NCBI GenBank assembly: GCA_963675295.2
Contig: CAXXKJ010000002.1
Location: forward strand, 640,001-704,000
DNA from: a bacterium
GTDB lineage: Bacteria; Electryoneota; Electryoneia; Electryoneales; Electryoneaceae
DNA length: 64,000 bases
Reading direction: 5' to 3'
Below the pieces are notes generated by a model, which saw only the letters and a program-made list of their open reading frames with translations, searched no databases and was not told the DNA's origin. How positions within the stretch are numbered: the first letter of the stretch is position 1; each line of letters begins with the position of its first letter. Below are positions 1 through 9,940 of the stretch, piece after piece. A program made the translations under genes and the position numbers.

Positions 1-1722
1 CGCACCCTTCACCTTTTCATCAAATGCTGTGAACCAAGCTATGTGTAATGACTCATCAGCCTGAAATGGGATGTGTGCAGCAGCCACTGATTCAGCCAAC
101 TCGACAACATCCGTGAATTGATTGCCAGGCGTTCCTGCAAGCCCATCGAGGTATCGAGCTTCAGCCTTAAGCCGCTGATGTCTTCTTGCATCATCCTGAA
201 TCTCACTACGAGCCTTCCATTGTCGATCGAGTTCTTGTAGCTCTTGCTCAAGCCGATTCTGGTCTTTCTCGAGCACCATTGCTTTATTTAGATTCGAAAA
301 AGCTTCCATTACTTTGAGCTTAAGTCTGCGTTCACGATCTGCAAGCTCATCCAATTCCTTCCTGCTGAATCCGTCGATCAATTCCAGTAGACGTTGTGCT
401 TGTCGAACACTACCCTCTGCAGCTTTTGATTCAGTTAGTTGGTTGAGCTGTTGCTGACTGTAGAAGCGCAGCGGCAAGTTATTGAAGAAGGTCTCCGGAT
501 CAGCCAAGTCACGATCCTGCACTTTCGGGTAGCCATTTTGCCAGAGAATTTGATCTTCCACTCCATCCATACTTGCCCAGCGCACTTCAATTTCTGCACC
601 CGACTCATTAAGAGTATTTCTAATTCGTTCGATCCGCACTTTGGTCCCGGAATCAATGTCCTTGGAATTATCTTTGCCGAGGATAATTCTCAGGTACTCA
701 AGCAGGGTGGATTTCCCACTTCCCCGGCCGCCAATAATACAGTTCATGTTTGGAGAAAAATGAAGCTCCTGGTCAGCGAGGTATGCTACGTTCCTAATTG
801 AAATTGACTTAATGGTAGCTTGCGGAGAGCGATGTGCGGGATGAGTGTCTGTAAGCACATCTTCAGGCAGGATAATTCGAGATTCGTGATCAAGGAATGC
901 CTGTCGAAGTGACTCAATAGAGGGTTTCGATATTTTCAGCCAAGAATACCTGAAGCCTATACTGTTTGGATTCGGTTTTCCAGTTACGTCGAGATCTATC
1001 AACTTCTTGTTATCAGATGACATGACAGTAGCAATGGGTCGAATTCGCTTCCATTCTTCTTGACAATCATCACCGTTACGGAAGAGCTTTTGAAACCCGT
1101 CGCTCATTTGACTGACGGGTTTAGGTACCTCAACAGCCAACAGATCAGGATTTTGGTATTCCACACGCTGAAGCCATTCACTGATCTTATCATTGTCGAA
1201 TAGACTGTCGTGAAAAACATGGGGGACGATAACAATACCCCGCCAGGAACCGTCTGTATTGGGTTTCTGGACAATCTTAAGGATCTCGGGTAGGCGCTGT
1301 GTTGACTTGGCAAGCTGACCTGCTTCAATTCGCGGTCTACCGACGCCACATTCGGTTACAATGTGGTCAATGTCATCCGCACTTGTTCCTGGTTCGAAGA
1401 GACATAGCACGTGCATCCCTTTTCCAACATCTGCTTCTATCTCGAAGCCTGGAAACAGGGTAATTTTGTGTTTGTGTCTTTTCTCGATTTCGTCGAACTC
1501 AGATTGGAGGTGAGTAATAAAGTCCTTGCTGAGATAGTTGTGATCGGTAATACCAACAACGTCTAGTCGCTGTTCATAGCAAGCCTCAGCAAACGCTTTC
1601 GCAGCGACAGCATCTTGTCCACGTTCAAGGCGATCGCCTGACCAGTGCTTCACATCTGCGGGCGTGTGCATGTGCAGGTCACACTTCAACCAGCGCATTC
1701 CTTGGTATTCTGAGTCTATCAT
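1..1722 (-). CDS. PHP-domain + ABC/SMC-type ATPase (TrlF-family AAA-like / Ppl-like defence protein), runs off the left edge
   Basis: Manual translation from ATG 1722 (SD GAGGAG) is open to base 1: MIDSEYQGMRWLKCDLHMHTP, GITDHN, LFPGFE, HVLCLF, PH, SSDNK (PHP motifs), then NCIIGGRGSGKST (Walker A), FYSQQQL and a coiled coil. Absent from the ORF track, probably because there is no stop in the window. Confidence 0.88.
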   Translation of the reverse strand, partial: MIDSEYQGMRWLKCDLHMHTPADVKHWSGDRLERGQDAVAAKAFAEACYEQRLDVVGITDHNYLSKDFITHLQSEFDEIEKRHKHKITLFPGFEIEADVGKGMHVLCLFEPGTSADDIDHIVTECGVGRPRIEAGQLAKSTQRLPEILKIVQKPNTDGSWRGIVIVPHVFHDSLFDNDKISEWLQRVEYQNPDLLAVEVPKPVSQMSDGFQKLFRNGDDCQEEWKRIRPIATVMSSDNKKLIDLDVTGKPNPNSIGFRYSWLKISKPSIESLRQAFLDHESRIILPEDVLTDTHPAHRSPQATIKSISIRNVAYLADQELHFSPNMNCIIGGRGSGKSTLLEYLRIILGKDNSKDIDSGTKVRIERIRNTLNESGAEIEVRWASMDGVEDQILWQNGYPKVQDRDLADPETFFNNLPLRFYSQQQLNQLTESKAAEGSVRQAQRLLELIDGFSRKELDELADRERRLKLKVMEAFSNLNKAMVLEKDQNRLEQELQELDRQWKARSEIQDDARRHQRLKAEARYLDGLAGTPGNQFTDVVELAESVAAAHIPFQADESLHIAWFTAFDEKVKGA

Positions 1723-1764
1723 TTTCTCCTCACAAGCCTCTTTTCCTCGCCACAACAACCTATT

Positions 1765-4700
1765 CTATCCCCGAGTTTGGTCCCTGTATTTCTTGAAATT
1801 CTGGGCCTGTTCAAAGATTTCCTTGTACACTTCGTCATGCGTAATTGGCGGATATCCATTGTCCGCCAGCAACATGATCAGATGGACCTTCAACTCCGCC
1901 TTGATGTCCTCGCGATTGTCCCAGTCGGTGTATCGGGTCTTGTCGTCCACCACTTCCTTTACAGCTTTCGAGAGGGGAATCAGCTTTTCGTCGGGATACT
2001 CGAAATCGAACTTCTTCGCAATGGCCTTCAGGATGTCATAGAAGGCCTTCTCCTCGAAGTCGATGCCCAGATCAGCGAACGACTCTTTCTCCTTCTTTAG
2101 TGCCCCGTACAGACCGATGATCTCGTCAGTGAATTCCTCCAGAACGTTACTCACCAAGACGTCCTGTTCCTTCCGCTCGTTGTACTTATCAACCAATGCT
2201 CGGAACATCTTGGCGAAGTCCGCCCCCTTGGCCTTATTGACCTTGCGGAAGTCGTCGATGGCACGCTTCAGCATCTTCTGAAGCAGTTTCAGCTTAGTGT
2301 TTGGCAGCTTGATCTTCTTGATCTTTTCGAGGAACTCTTCGTCGAATAAATCGATCTTGCTTTCCTTGCTGTCACCCAGCTTAAACACCTCTTCCACACC
2401 TTCTGCCTTGATCGCTTCCTCGATCATCTCTCGCACGCGGGCATTCATCTGTGCCAGGTCGGGGGCGTCACCTTTGGTCAGCTTGAATACGATCGACCGA
2501 ATGGCGATGTAGAAGTGAATGGTATCCCGTTCCAACTGGGTGAACGCATCGCTGTTGCAGCAGATGTCGTATGACAACTTCATCCGTTTCACCAGATACA
2601 TGAACCGCTTCTCTTGTTTCTCCGTCAATTGGATAAATTCTGCAGCCATGTTCAGACAGTGAAGCTGCTTCAGTGCATCCCCTGTGAAGTATGGGCCGGA
2701 ATCAAACTTGTGAAACATTTTGCCCAACAGGTCGAGGTGGTCCTTCACAACCACAACAGCCTGCTGAATCTCCTCGATCGTCACCCCATCACCCAGGTTG
2801 CCGTATTGGGCGAGGGCAAGATTCATCTGCTTCTTGATCCCGATGTAATCGACGACCAGACCCTTGTCTTTTCCGGCGTAACGTCGGTTCACGCGTGAAA
2901 TGGTCTGGATCAGGCTGTGCCGTTGGATGGGCTTGTCGATGTAAATCGTATCCAGGAAGGGCACGTCGAATCCCGTCAACCACATGTCTACAACAATGGC
3001 TATCTTGAAATTCGACTTCGCATTCTTGAATTGCCGGTCAAGCTCCTTCCGGTGGTCGTTCGTCCCAAGCAAATTGTACAGGGCTTCCTCATCATCCTTG
3101 CCGCGCGTCATTACCATATTGATCCGCGCCATCGGCTTGATCTTGCGCTTTTCTGCGTCGGTCAGAATTGCGCCTTCTTCACAAACCTTCACCTCGGTCC
3201 ATTCCGGGCGCAAAGCAATGATTTCCTGGTACAACCTGTAGGCAATCTCGCGGTTGCTGCACACGAACATCGCCTTGCCCTTGACCGTTGCACCTTCGAT
3301 CACCCGTGTTTCGTAGTGCTTAACGAAATCTTCGGCCACTGCCCTGATTCTGTCGGGATCCCCAATGATCGAATTCATTTGCGTATTCGCACGCTTGCTT
3401 TCCTCGATCGCGTAGTCGCTAGCGCCTTCATCCGCGCATCGGGCGTAATAGTCTTCGATCTCCTGTAGTTTCGAATTGTCCAACAGAACCTTCGCGGCCC
3501 GGCCTTCATACACGATGCGCACGGTGATCTCGTCCCTAACAGACTCTTCCATCGTATAAGCATCGACCGGTGGCCCGAACACGTCCAGCGTCGCGTCAAT
3601 GGGTGTCCCTGTGAAACCGACATAGGTCGCATTCGGCAGGGAATCGTGCAGGTACTTCGCGAAGCCATACGTCCGCTTCACGCCTTCGTCGGTTACTTTG
3701 ATCTTCTGGTCCAGATTTACCTGGCTACGGTGGGCTTCATCAGAAATGCAGATCACATTGTCACGCCGTGTCAGCAGCTTTGTGTCTTCGGTGAACTTGT
3801 GGATTGTGGTTAGGAAGACCCCGCCACTCACACGTCCATGCAGCGTTGCTACTTCTGCCCGATCGCCGTCTTCGGTTTCATCATCTAGGGCATGCCGTTG
3901 ATGGTCAGCTAATGCCTCGTCCGGCCCGCGCAGACGTTCCCTCAGCTCATCTCGGCTTTCAACGCTGATGATCTCTTCATCGCCGATGTATCCCTTCGCT
4001 GATGTGAACTGCCGCGATAGCTGGTCGTCCAGATCGGTCCTATCCGTAATCAGGACAAGCGTCGGACTGGCGAAGTCTTCACTCTTCATCAGCAGCCGCG
4101 ACAGGAACAGCATTGTGAAACTCTTCCCGCATCCGGTCGCGCCGAAGTACGTGCCCCCCTTGCCGTCACCCTGTGGACGTCGGTGTTCCTGGATGTTCGC
4201 GAAGAGCTTGCGTGCCGCGTAATACTGGGGATAGCGGCAGACGATCTTCTCTTCCTTCCGTGAGCTGTCCGGGAAGAAGATGAAATTGTGGATCACATCC
4301 CGTAGACGGGCCTTGTCGAACAACCCGTGGATCATCGTGAACAGCGAGTCGATCCCGTCCTTTTCGATCTTTTCGTCGCCTGTGACCTTGCGCCAAGTAT
4401 AGTAGAACTCATAGTCAGCGAACAGGGAACCCATCTTGTTGTTCACGCCGTCGCTGATCACGCACAGCGCATTGTACTTCAGCAGTTCAGGAATGTCCCG
4501 TCGATAGCGCGTGGTCAATTGGATGTAGGCATCGTGGATGGTTGCTTCTTCCCGGATAGCACTCTTGAATTCGAACACAACCAGCGGCAGGCCGTTGATG
4601 TAGAGAATCCCGTCTGGTATTCGCTTCTCGAATCCCTGAATCTCCAACTGATTGACGATCTTGTAGATGTTGCTGTCTGAAGGGAAGTAGTCGATCAGGT

Positions 4701-5013
4701 GGATGAACAGGTCTTTCTGGCTACGGTCCTCGCGCTTCAGCAGGAAACCATCAGACACCATCTTCATGAAGGCCTTGTTGCTTCCGTACAAATCCGACGC
4801 CGGCAGCCGTTCGATCTTTTTTACAATAAACTCGATTTCACCGTTCGTTATACCGTCATTGGTATACAGTTCTCGCAGGTACTCGCGCAGGTCATCCTTG
4901 ATCAGGACCACCTCAGGGCTGCGCAAAATTATATCGCCCAATACGTGTGGATAGCCCTGTTCGCCCAGTAGCTTGATGATCGCTTTCTCGAGCTGTTCTT
5001 CGGTGAATTTCAT
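1765..5013 (-). CDS. hsdR: Type I restriction endonuclease subunit R
   Basis: PD...FEFK nuclease motif (RIPDGILYINGLPLVVFEFKS), Walker A GATGCGKS, DEAH box, FTGTP, MWLTGFD, QTISRVNR. Confidence 0.96.
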   Translation of the reverse strand: MKFTEEQLEKAIIKLLGEQGYPHVLGDIILRSPEVVLIKDDLREYLRELYTNDGITNGEIEFIVKKIERLPASDLYGSNKAFMKMVSDGFLLKREDRSQKDLFIHLIDYFPSDSNIYKIVNQLEIQGFEKRIPDGILYINGLPLVVFEFKSAIREEATIHDAYIQLTTRYRRDIPELLKYNALCVISDGVNNKMGSLFADYEFYYTWRKVTGDEKIEKDGIDSLFTMIHGLFDKARLRDVIHNFIFFPDSSRKEEKIVCRYPQYYAARKLFANIQEHRRPQGDGKGGTYFGATGCGKSFTMLFLSRLLMKSEDFASPTLVLITDRTDLDDQLSRQFTSAKGYIGDEEIISVESRDELRERLRGPDEALADHQRHALDDETEDGDRAEVATLHGRVSGGVFLTTIHKFTEDTKLLTRRDNVICISDEAHRSQVNLDQKIKVTDEGVKRTYGFAKYLHDSLPNATYVGFTGTPIDATLDVFGPPVDAYTMEESVRDEITVRIVYEGRAAKVLLDNSKLQEIEDYYARCADEGASDYAIEESKRANTQMNSIIGDPDRIRAVAEDFVKHYETRVIEGATVKGKAMFVCSNREIAYRLYQEIIALRPEWTEVKVCEEGAILTDAEKRKIKPMARINMVMTRGKDDEEALYNLLGTNDHRKELDRQFKNAKSNFKIAIVVDMWLTGFDVPFLDTIYIDKPIQRHSLIQTISRVNRRYAGKDKGLVVDYIGIKKQMNLALAQYGNLGDGVTIEEIQQAVVVVKDHLDLLGKMFHKFDSGPYFTGDALKQLHCLNMAAEFIQLTEKQEKRFMYLVKRMKLSYDICCNSDAFTQLERDTIHFYIAIRSIVFKLTKGDAPDLAQMNARVREMIEEAIKAEGVEEVFKLGDSKESKIDLFDEEFLEKIKKIKLPNTKLKLLQKMLKRAIDDFRKVNKAKGADFAKMFRALVDKYNERKEQDVLVSNVLEEFTDEIIGLYGALKKEKESFADLGIDFEEKAFYDILKAIAKKFDFEYPDEKLIPLSKAVKEVVDDKTRYTDWDNREDIKAELKVHLIMLLADNGYPPITHDEVYKEIFEQAQNFKKYRDQTRG

Positions 5014-6284
5014 GTTTTTCCACCCAAAGTGGGCATTCTAGCAAGTAGGATGTCGGTAGTCCGAGCCAGACAGGCACTTTCTTCAGCGATGATCTGTTGT
5101 TGTTTGTTGATTACTCCAGCCAGGGAATCATATGCAGCAACCACTTGATCAGCCGGAACAGGAACCAAAATCGTACGCAGGTCGCCTAGATTGATCACTT
5201 GCTGGACCGAACCAGAAGTTTCATCGGTCAAAGCATTCTTGCCTGCCCTTGACTCAAGGAAGCCCCTGACGTATAGCGTGCTGAATGATTCATTAACACG
5301 AATGAGTCCTACTTGCCTAGCAATATTCGCGCCGCGAAGACTAGTAGGCGCTATCGCCACTGCACCAGGATTGCCAACAAGCGACATAAGGATCTCACCA
5401 CCCCGAAGAAGTGTACGAGAATACTGCTCCGAGATAGCTTGGGTGATAGTGCGTAAAGCGGGAATATCCACCTTTCCATCTTTGATGTCGCCACCTCGGA
5501 CAAACCGGACTCCGTCATTGTCCAAGTCCCCTGGTTTTACTACACCGTAAGTGATCGATGATTCCTTGTCGACTAACTCCTCTAAGTGGTTGACCTTCCA
5601 CTCCTTCGGAATCTCCTGCTCGAGGATTTTGTTGTATTCCATCTCACCACCGCTGGACTTGTACGGCTGGCCTGCCAATTCTGGCTTGCCGATCGACTCC
5701 GCGTACTCGGCGGTCATCGGGAAATCGAATTCAACGAACCACTGCTTGTAGATCGCCTGTGCGGCTTCTTCCAGCTTTTCGTTGAGCCGTTCGTTCAGAC
5801 GAATACGGTCCACGACCGTCTGGTATTCTTTCACGATCTCCCGCTGCTTTGCGATGGATGGAACGGGAAGCTCAACATCACACATCTCCTCCCAACCAAA
5901 CATCTCCCGCACGCTTCCATGGGACATATATCGCGCATACCGATCAAATTCCGGTCGCCGGAACCACATCATCAGATATTCGGGTAACAGCTGGTCATGG
6001 TCGATGATCTCAAAAACGGTGTAAGACGTCGAGATGATGCACTCGGGCTCGGACAGCAAGGCTAGCGAAATCTTGTCACTGTTCCTGGAGGTAACAGGGC
6101 CGTAGGCGAACTGGTTTTCTCGCACAACTTTGTAGCGAGACATGTCAGTACCAATTGTGTTGGCAATTGACGGGATAAACTCCTTGGAAATGCTAACTCC
6201 AAGCAGCAAGTCAACTTCCAGGTCTGTGTTCCGGTACATCACCTCCCGGATGTGCGGACCGAGTTTCTTATACGTCGATTTCAT
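5010..6284 (-). CDS. hsdS: Type I R-M specificity subunit S
   Basis: Two TRDs separated by conserved helical spacers (LPVPSIAKQREIV...LEEAAQAIYKQWF; EIPKEW); lies between and overlaps hsdM and hsdR. Confidence 0.94.
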   Translation of the reverse strand: MKSTYKKLGPHIREVMYRNTDLEVDLLLGVSISKEFIPSIANTIGTDMSRYKVVRENQFAYGPVTSRNSDKISLALLSEPECIISTSYTVFEIIDHDQLLPEYLMMWFRRPEFDRYARYMSHGSVREMFGWEEMCDVELPVPSIAKQREIVKEYQTVVDRIRLNERLNEKLEEAAQAIYKQWFVEFDFPMTAEYAESIGKPELAGQPYKSSGGEMEYNKILEQEIPKEWKVNHLEELVDKESSITYGVVKPGDLDNDGVRFVRGGDIKDGKVDIPALRTITQAISEQYSRTLLRGGEILMSLVGNPGAVAIAPTSLRGANIARQVGLIRVNESFSTLYVRGFLESRAGKNALTDETSGSVQQVINLGDLRTILVPVPADQVVAAYDSLAGVINKQQQIIAEESACLARTTDILLARMPTLGGKT

Positions 6285-7845
6285 AGCCCAGATCCTTGAA
6301 GACGTTCAGCAGTTCAGCTTTCGATTGGGCTTCGGCTCGTAGCAGTTCACCAAACTCAGTCTGTAGCACCGCCATCTTTTCATCGAAGTCGATGTTCTCG
6401 TCACGGTTGACGAATTCGATGTACTTACCCGGGACCAGGGAGTAGTCTTTGGCACGTATCTCGTCAATACCCGCCGAATAGCAGTACTCCGGTATGTCTT
6501 CATACTCATCGACAGCGCGTTCTTCCTGCCAGGTGTGAAACGTATCTGTGATCTTGGCACGGTCCTCGTCCGAAAACTGGATGTACTTCTTTTCGAACGG
6601 TTCACCCCACTGCCGCAGGTCCATGAACAGTATCTCGTCTTCCCTGTTTCGGTAGTGACGGGTCTGATCACCGCGATCTGCTGTTCGGGCTTTCTTGTTC
6701 TTGTTGATGATCCAAAGCGTTACGCTGATGTCTGTTGTATAGAACATGCTGCGGGGAAGAATCAGAACTGCCTCAACCAGTCTGTTCTCGATCAGCTTTG
6801 CACGAATCGCTTTCTCTCCTCCGTCCCCCGATAGTGCGCCGTTGGCCAGAAGAAAGCCTGCGGTACCGTTCACGGATAGTTTAGACACCATGTGAAGGAT
6901 CCAGCCGTAATTCGCGTTGCCGGTGGGTGGTACTTCGTACCCCGACCAACGGGGATCTTCGGTCAATTCATCTGCAGCGCGCCATTGTTTCAGGTTGAAT
7001 GGCGGGTTGGCCATGATGTAGTCGGCTTTCAGATCCGGATGCTGGTCGTTGGCGAACGTGTCATCAGCCTTGACGCCCAGGTTGGCCGATATACCACGAA
7101 TGGCAAGGTTCATCTTGGCCAGCTTCATCGTCGTAGTGGTGCCTTCCTGCCCGTATATGGCGACGTTCTTCGTGTTGCCCTGGTGGGTCTCAACAAACTT
7201 GACAGACTGCACGAACATACCGCCAGAACCGCAGCAGGGGTCGTAGATCTTTCCTTTATACGGCTCAATCAATTCAGCGATCAGGTTGACGATGCTCTTC
7301 GGTGTGTAGAATTCGCCTTTACCCTTACCCTCAGCCAAGGCGAACTTCTGCAGGAAGTACTCGTATACCCGACCCACAACATCCTGTGATTTGTCGGCGA
7401 GCGTGTTGATGTTGCTGATGGTATCGATCAACGCTGCCAGCTTGCTCCGATCAAGGTCAAGCCGGGAGAAGTAGTTGTCCGGCAACGCCCCCGCCAGCGA
7501 CTTGTTGTTCTTCTCGATGGTGTGCAACGCCGTGTCGATTTTCAGTGCTAGATCGTCCTGCTTGGCGTTTGCCTGGATATACGACCAGCGCGATTCTTCC
7601 GGCAGATAGAAGACGTTCTTCATGGTGTAGAATTCCACCATGTCCACGTATTGCCCCTTGCCCTCGTCGATGATTTCTTTCCGGCGTTCTTCGAACTTGT
7701 CGGAAGCGAACTTCAGGAAGATCAGGCTCAGCACAACATGCTTGTACTCAGCTGGTTCGACCGATCCGCGCAACCTGTTCGCCGATTCCCAAAGGGTTTC
7801 CTCGAAGCTCTTGCTGTTCTTCTTCGCCGTCTTCTTGTTTGCCAT
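6268..7845 (-). CDS. hsdM: Type I R-M N6-adenine methyltransferase subunit M
   Basis: LWESANRLRG, GEFYTP, DPCCGSGG (SAM binding), NPPF. Start set to ATG 7845 (MANKKT) after GGAAGG. Confidence 0.96.
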   Translation of the reverse strand: MANKKTAKKNSKSFEETLWESANRLRGSVEPAEYKHVVLSLIFLKFASDKFEERRKEIIDEGKGQYVDMVEFYTMKNVFYLPEESRWSYIQANAKQDDLALKIDTALHTIEKNNKSLAGALPDNYFSRLDLDRSKLAALIDTISNINTLADKSQDVVGRVYEYFLQKFALAEGKGKGEFYTPKSIVNLIAELIEPYKGKIYDPCCGSGGMFVQSVKFVETHQGNTKNVAIYGQEGTTTTMKLAKMNLAIRGISANLGVKADDTFANDQHPDLKADYIMANPPFNLKQWRAADELTEDPRWSGYEVPPTGNANYGWILHMVSKLSVNGTAGFLLANGALSGDGGEKAIRAKLIENRLVEAVLILPRSMFYTTDISVTLWIINKNKKARTADRGDQTRHYRNREDEILFMDLRQWGEPFEKKYIQFSDEDRAKITDTFHTWQEERAVDEYEDIPEYCYSAGIDEIRAKDYSLVPGKYIEFVNRDENIDFDEKMAVLQTEFGELLRAEAQSKAELLNVFKDLGYEIDV

Positions 7846-8149
7846 CGATTTCCTTCCAGAGCCGCGATGCGGGCGTTGGTGAAAAAAGAGAATGAGTGTG
7901 ACTTGCCTTTCGGGCGAAATTGGTTCTACACGACTTACCGAAAGGAACATTTCTCACGACGAGAAAATACGGTGCTGGTTGGGAACTGTCAAACAATGAC
8001 TTAGCATCGACACTTGCGAAGCTACGCCCCTTGAACCTGCCCAACGGAATCTATTTCGTGCATGCCCGGGTCACTGATCAGCGGTGTTATGTGAAACGAG
8101 GATGGTGGTCCGAAAGGGGGTAATCGTGGAAATAATATTCCGATGGGCT

Positions 8150-8178
8150 AAAAAGGGGGCGACGATGATCGTCCCCTT
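8150..8178 (-). terminator. Intrinsic terminator of the DUF932 operon
   Basis: Hairpin AAGGGGGCGACGAT-G-ATCGTCCCCTT followed by a T-run on the minus strand, just after the stop of the 33-aa ORF. Confidence 0.65.
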
Positions 8179-8184
8179 GCTAGT

Positions 8185-8286
8185 TTACCACTTTGACTTG
8201 ATCCACTTCATCAGGACCGTTGCACCTTCAATGGCTGCTTCTGCAGCTTTACCGATTTCGCGCCAGGGGATACGTGCAATGATCAT
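8185..8286 (-). CDS. Unannotated 33-aa amphipathic Trp/Lys peptide
   Basis: MIIARIPWREIGKAAEAAIEGATVLMKWIKSKW; TGATG stop/start overlap with the upstream gene, SD GGGGAGG, terminator immediately downstream. Confidence 0.65.
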   Translation of the reverse strand: MIIARIPWREIGKAAEAAIEGATVLMKWIKSKW

Positions 8287-9035
8287 CAGTTGTCCTCCCC
8301 GGATACACGGTCGCCCGGATCATCGAAATCCTGTTCCTGAATCACGCCAAACGCTTGACGACATTCTTCGCGAAGTTGCATGGCCACATCCAATTCCTGC
8401 TGCGTCACTACCCGGTCAATGCTGCACTGAACTTCCGCCCAGCGATAACCATTGCGTTGAATATCGGACAGGCTGAATCGTGTGATGACTGCAATGGCTG
8501 GCACTTTCGATCTGGCAAGCCGTTGTAGGTGATTTCGCCAGTGCTTGATACTGGTTGGACTCAAGCTGAAGACGACCAACTGTGGCTTGGTTTCCAGGTA
8601 CGTCAACACGAACAAACGTACTTTGTCCTTGGCCTGTGAAGCCAGGTGAATGGAATCGTTGCCACTGGTGATCTTGCCATCAATGGCGCTGTAGCGAGGC
8701 ACTTGTTCACCTTCTACCCACAAGGCGCTGACTGTCTGGCTGAAAACGACGATTCCGCTGAAGACGTTGTTTGGTACATCGATCTGGTCTTCCTGGTTTT
8801 CGTCGTAGGATTCGCCATTGTCGATGAACATGCGATGCCGACCGGAAGGACTGTGGTCAATGCGGACACGAACCAACGACGGTGGGATGTTTTCCATCAT
8901 CGCAGCCACTTCAGTTTCGATATCGATACTGTCCAACTGGTTAATGGCATCCAAGACAACAACGCCCGATTCATCTGAACCGGGCTTCTGTCGAGCAGGC
9001 GTACCGTTACGTGTTTTTGTGTTTTGTTGTGTCAT
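8286..9035 (-). CDS. Phage-type hypothetical protein, putative ssDNA-binding/recombination protein
   Basis: beta-rich core with LSPTSIKHW...VITRFSL, acidic C-tail (EQDFDDPGD...GEDN); translationally coupled to the nuclease gene. Confidence 0.5.
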   Translation of the reverse strand: MTQQNTKTRNGTPARQKPGSDESGVVVLDAINQLDSIDIETEVAAMMENIPPSLVRVRIDHSPSGRHRMFIDNGESYDENQEDQIDVPNNVFSGIVVFSQTVSALWVEGEQVPRYSAIDGKITSGNDSIHLASQAKDKVRLFVLTYLETKPQLVVFSLSPTSIKHWRNHLQRLARSKVPAIAVITRFSLSDIQRNGYRWAEVQCSIDRVVTQQELDVAMQLREECRQAFGVIQEQDFDDPGDRVSGEDN

Positions 9036-9940
9036 GCAGCTTCTCCCGCTATGGTCAAGGATTCAATGGATCGTACCTGCCGGGATGACAGACCTTCACC
9101 TTGCGCATCTGTCAAGCAGATGTCGGCGAATGCACAGGCTGGACAGTTAATCATCCCTGGGTTACGTGGAAATACACCACGGCTGATGTTGCTGGCTATC
9201 GCAGCCAGATCCCGCTTCAGCGAAATCAGCTGCTTCCGTGAACGGCTGGTGAAACGACGCGGGTTGCCTCTTTCGGCGCCAACAGAAAAGCCGTTGCCGT
9301 TTCGCTTGTACGGGATATGGTCACGAAGCTGGTAGTAAACGATGTCCAGCTTTTCAGGTGGGATTTCCAACATTCGCATCGTACCGTCTGGCATCTTGAA
9401 AACACCACGCCAGCAAGCCAGTGCGTATAAGCCAAGCTGGTAATCCAGATCAAGGAACTGCTGGTTTGGTGGGAACTTGGATGACTTGAAGTCGAGTAGC
9501 GTGTAGCTGCCGTCTTCGTTCTGGCGTAGCTGGTCAATCGTCCCGCTGAATACGTTCCTACCCACCTTCAGCATGAACGTGGCTTCGGACAGGATCACGT
9601 TTACACGCCGATTCCAGCCCTTCTTGCGGTAGTTCGCAAGCATTTCGGTAGCTTCACCTACCAGTTCACCGATTGACGCGTCACGGTCGTTTTTCCAGAA
9701 GACGGGTGTGTCGGATTCATCCCCACTGAATTCCTCGTGGTCGAACCGTTCCCGATACCGTTTCGCAATGTCCAGATCCCAGTTGACCAGGTGCAGTTCT
9801 TCGATAAGCTGATGAAGAACACGGCCATGCAGTGCAGCTAGTGATCGGAATGCCGAAGGAATCTGATCGATGTATCGGTACTTGAAGCTGGCAGGACACC
9901 ACAGGTAGGACTTGATGAGGGACTGACGTAGAACGTCGAT
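9032..9940 (-). CDS. PD-(D/E)XK exonuclease, Cas4/AddB/RecB-like with four-Cys Fe-S staple
   Basis: The frame extends without a stop upstream of the listed ORF (9643) to an ATC at 9940 behind SD AAAGGGGGTG. Motifs: SLIKSYLWCP, HGRVLH, SGTIDQL, LLDFKS, YQLGLY, CPACAFADIC. Confidence 0.85.
   Translation of the reverse strand: MDVLRQSLIKSYLWCPASFKYRYIDQIPSAFRSLAALHGRVLHQLIEELHLVNWDLDIAKRYRERFDHEEFSGDESDTPVFWKNDRDASIGELVGEATEMLANYRKKGWNRRVNVILSEATFMLKVGRNVFSGTIDQLRQNEDGSYTLLDFKSSKFPPNQQFLDLDYQLGLYALACWRGVFKMPDGTMRMLEIPPEKLDIVYYQLRDHIPYKRNGNGFSVGAERGNPRRFTSRSRKQLISLKRDLAAIASNISRGVFPRNPGMINCPACAFADICLTDAQGEGLSSRQVRSIESLTIAGEAA

Noticed and set aside
439-801. Short listed ORFs within 1-1700
   Set aside because: All overlap the long PHP-ATPase frame on the minus strand.
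9032-9940. CRISPR-Cas locus around the Cas4-like gene
   Set aside because: No cas1/cas2 or repeat-spacer array seen anywhere in the window.
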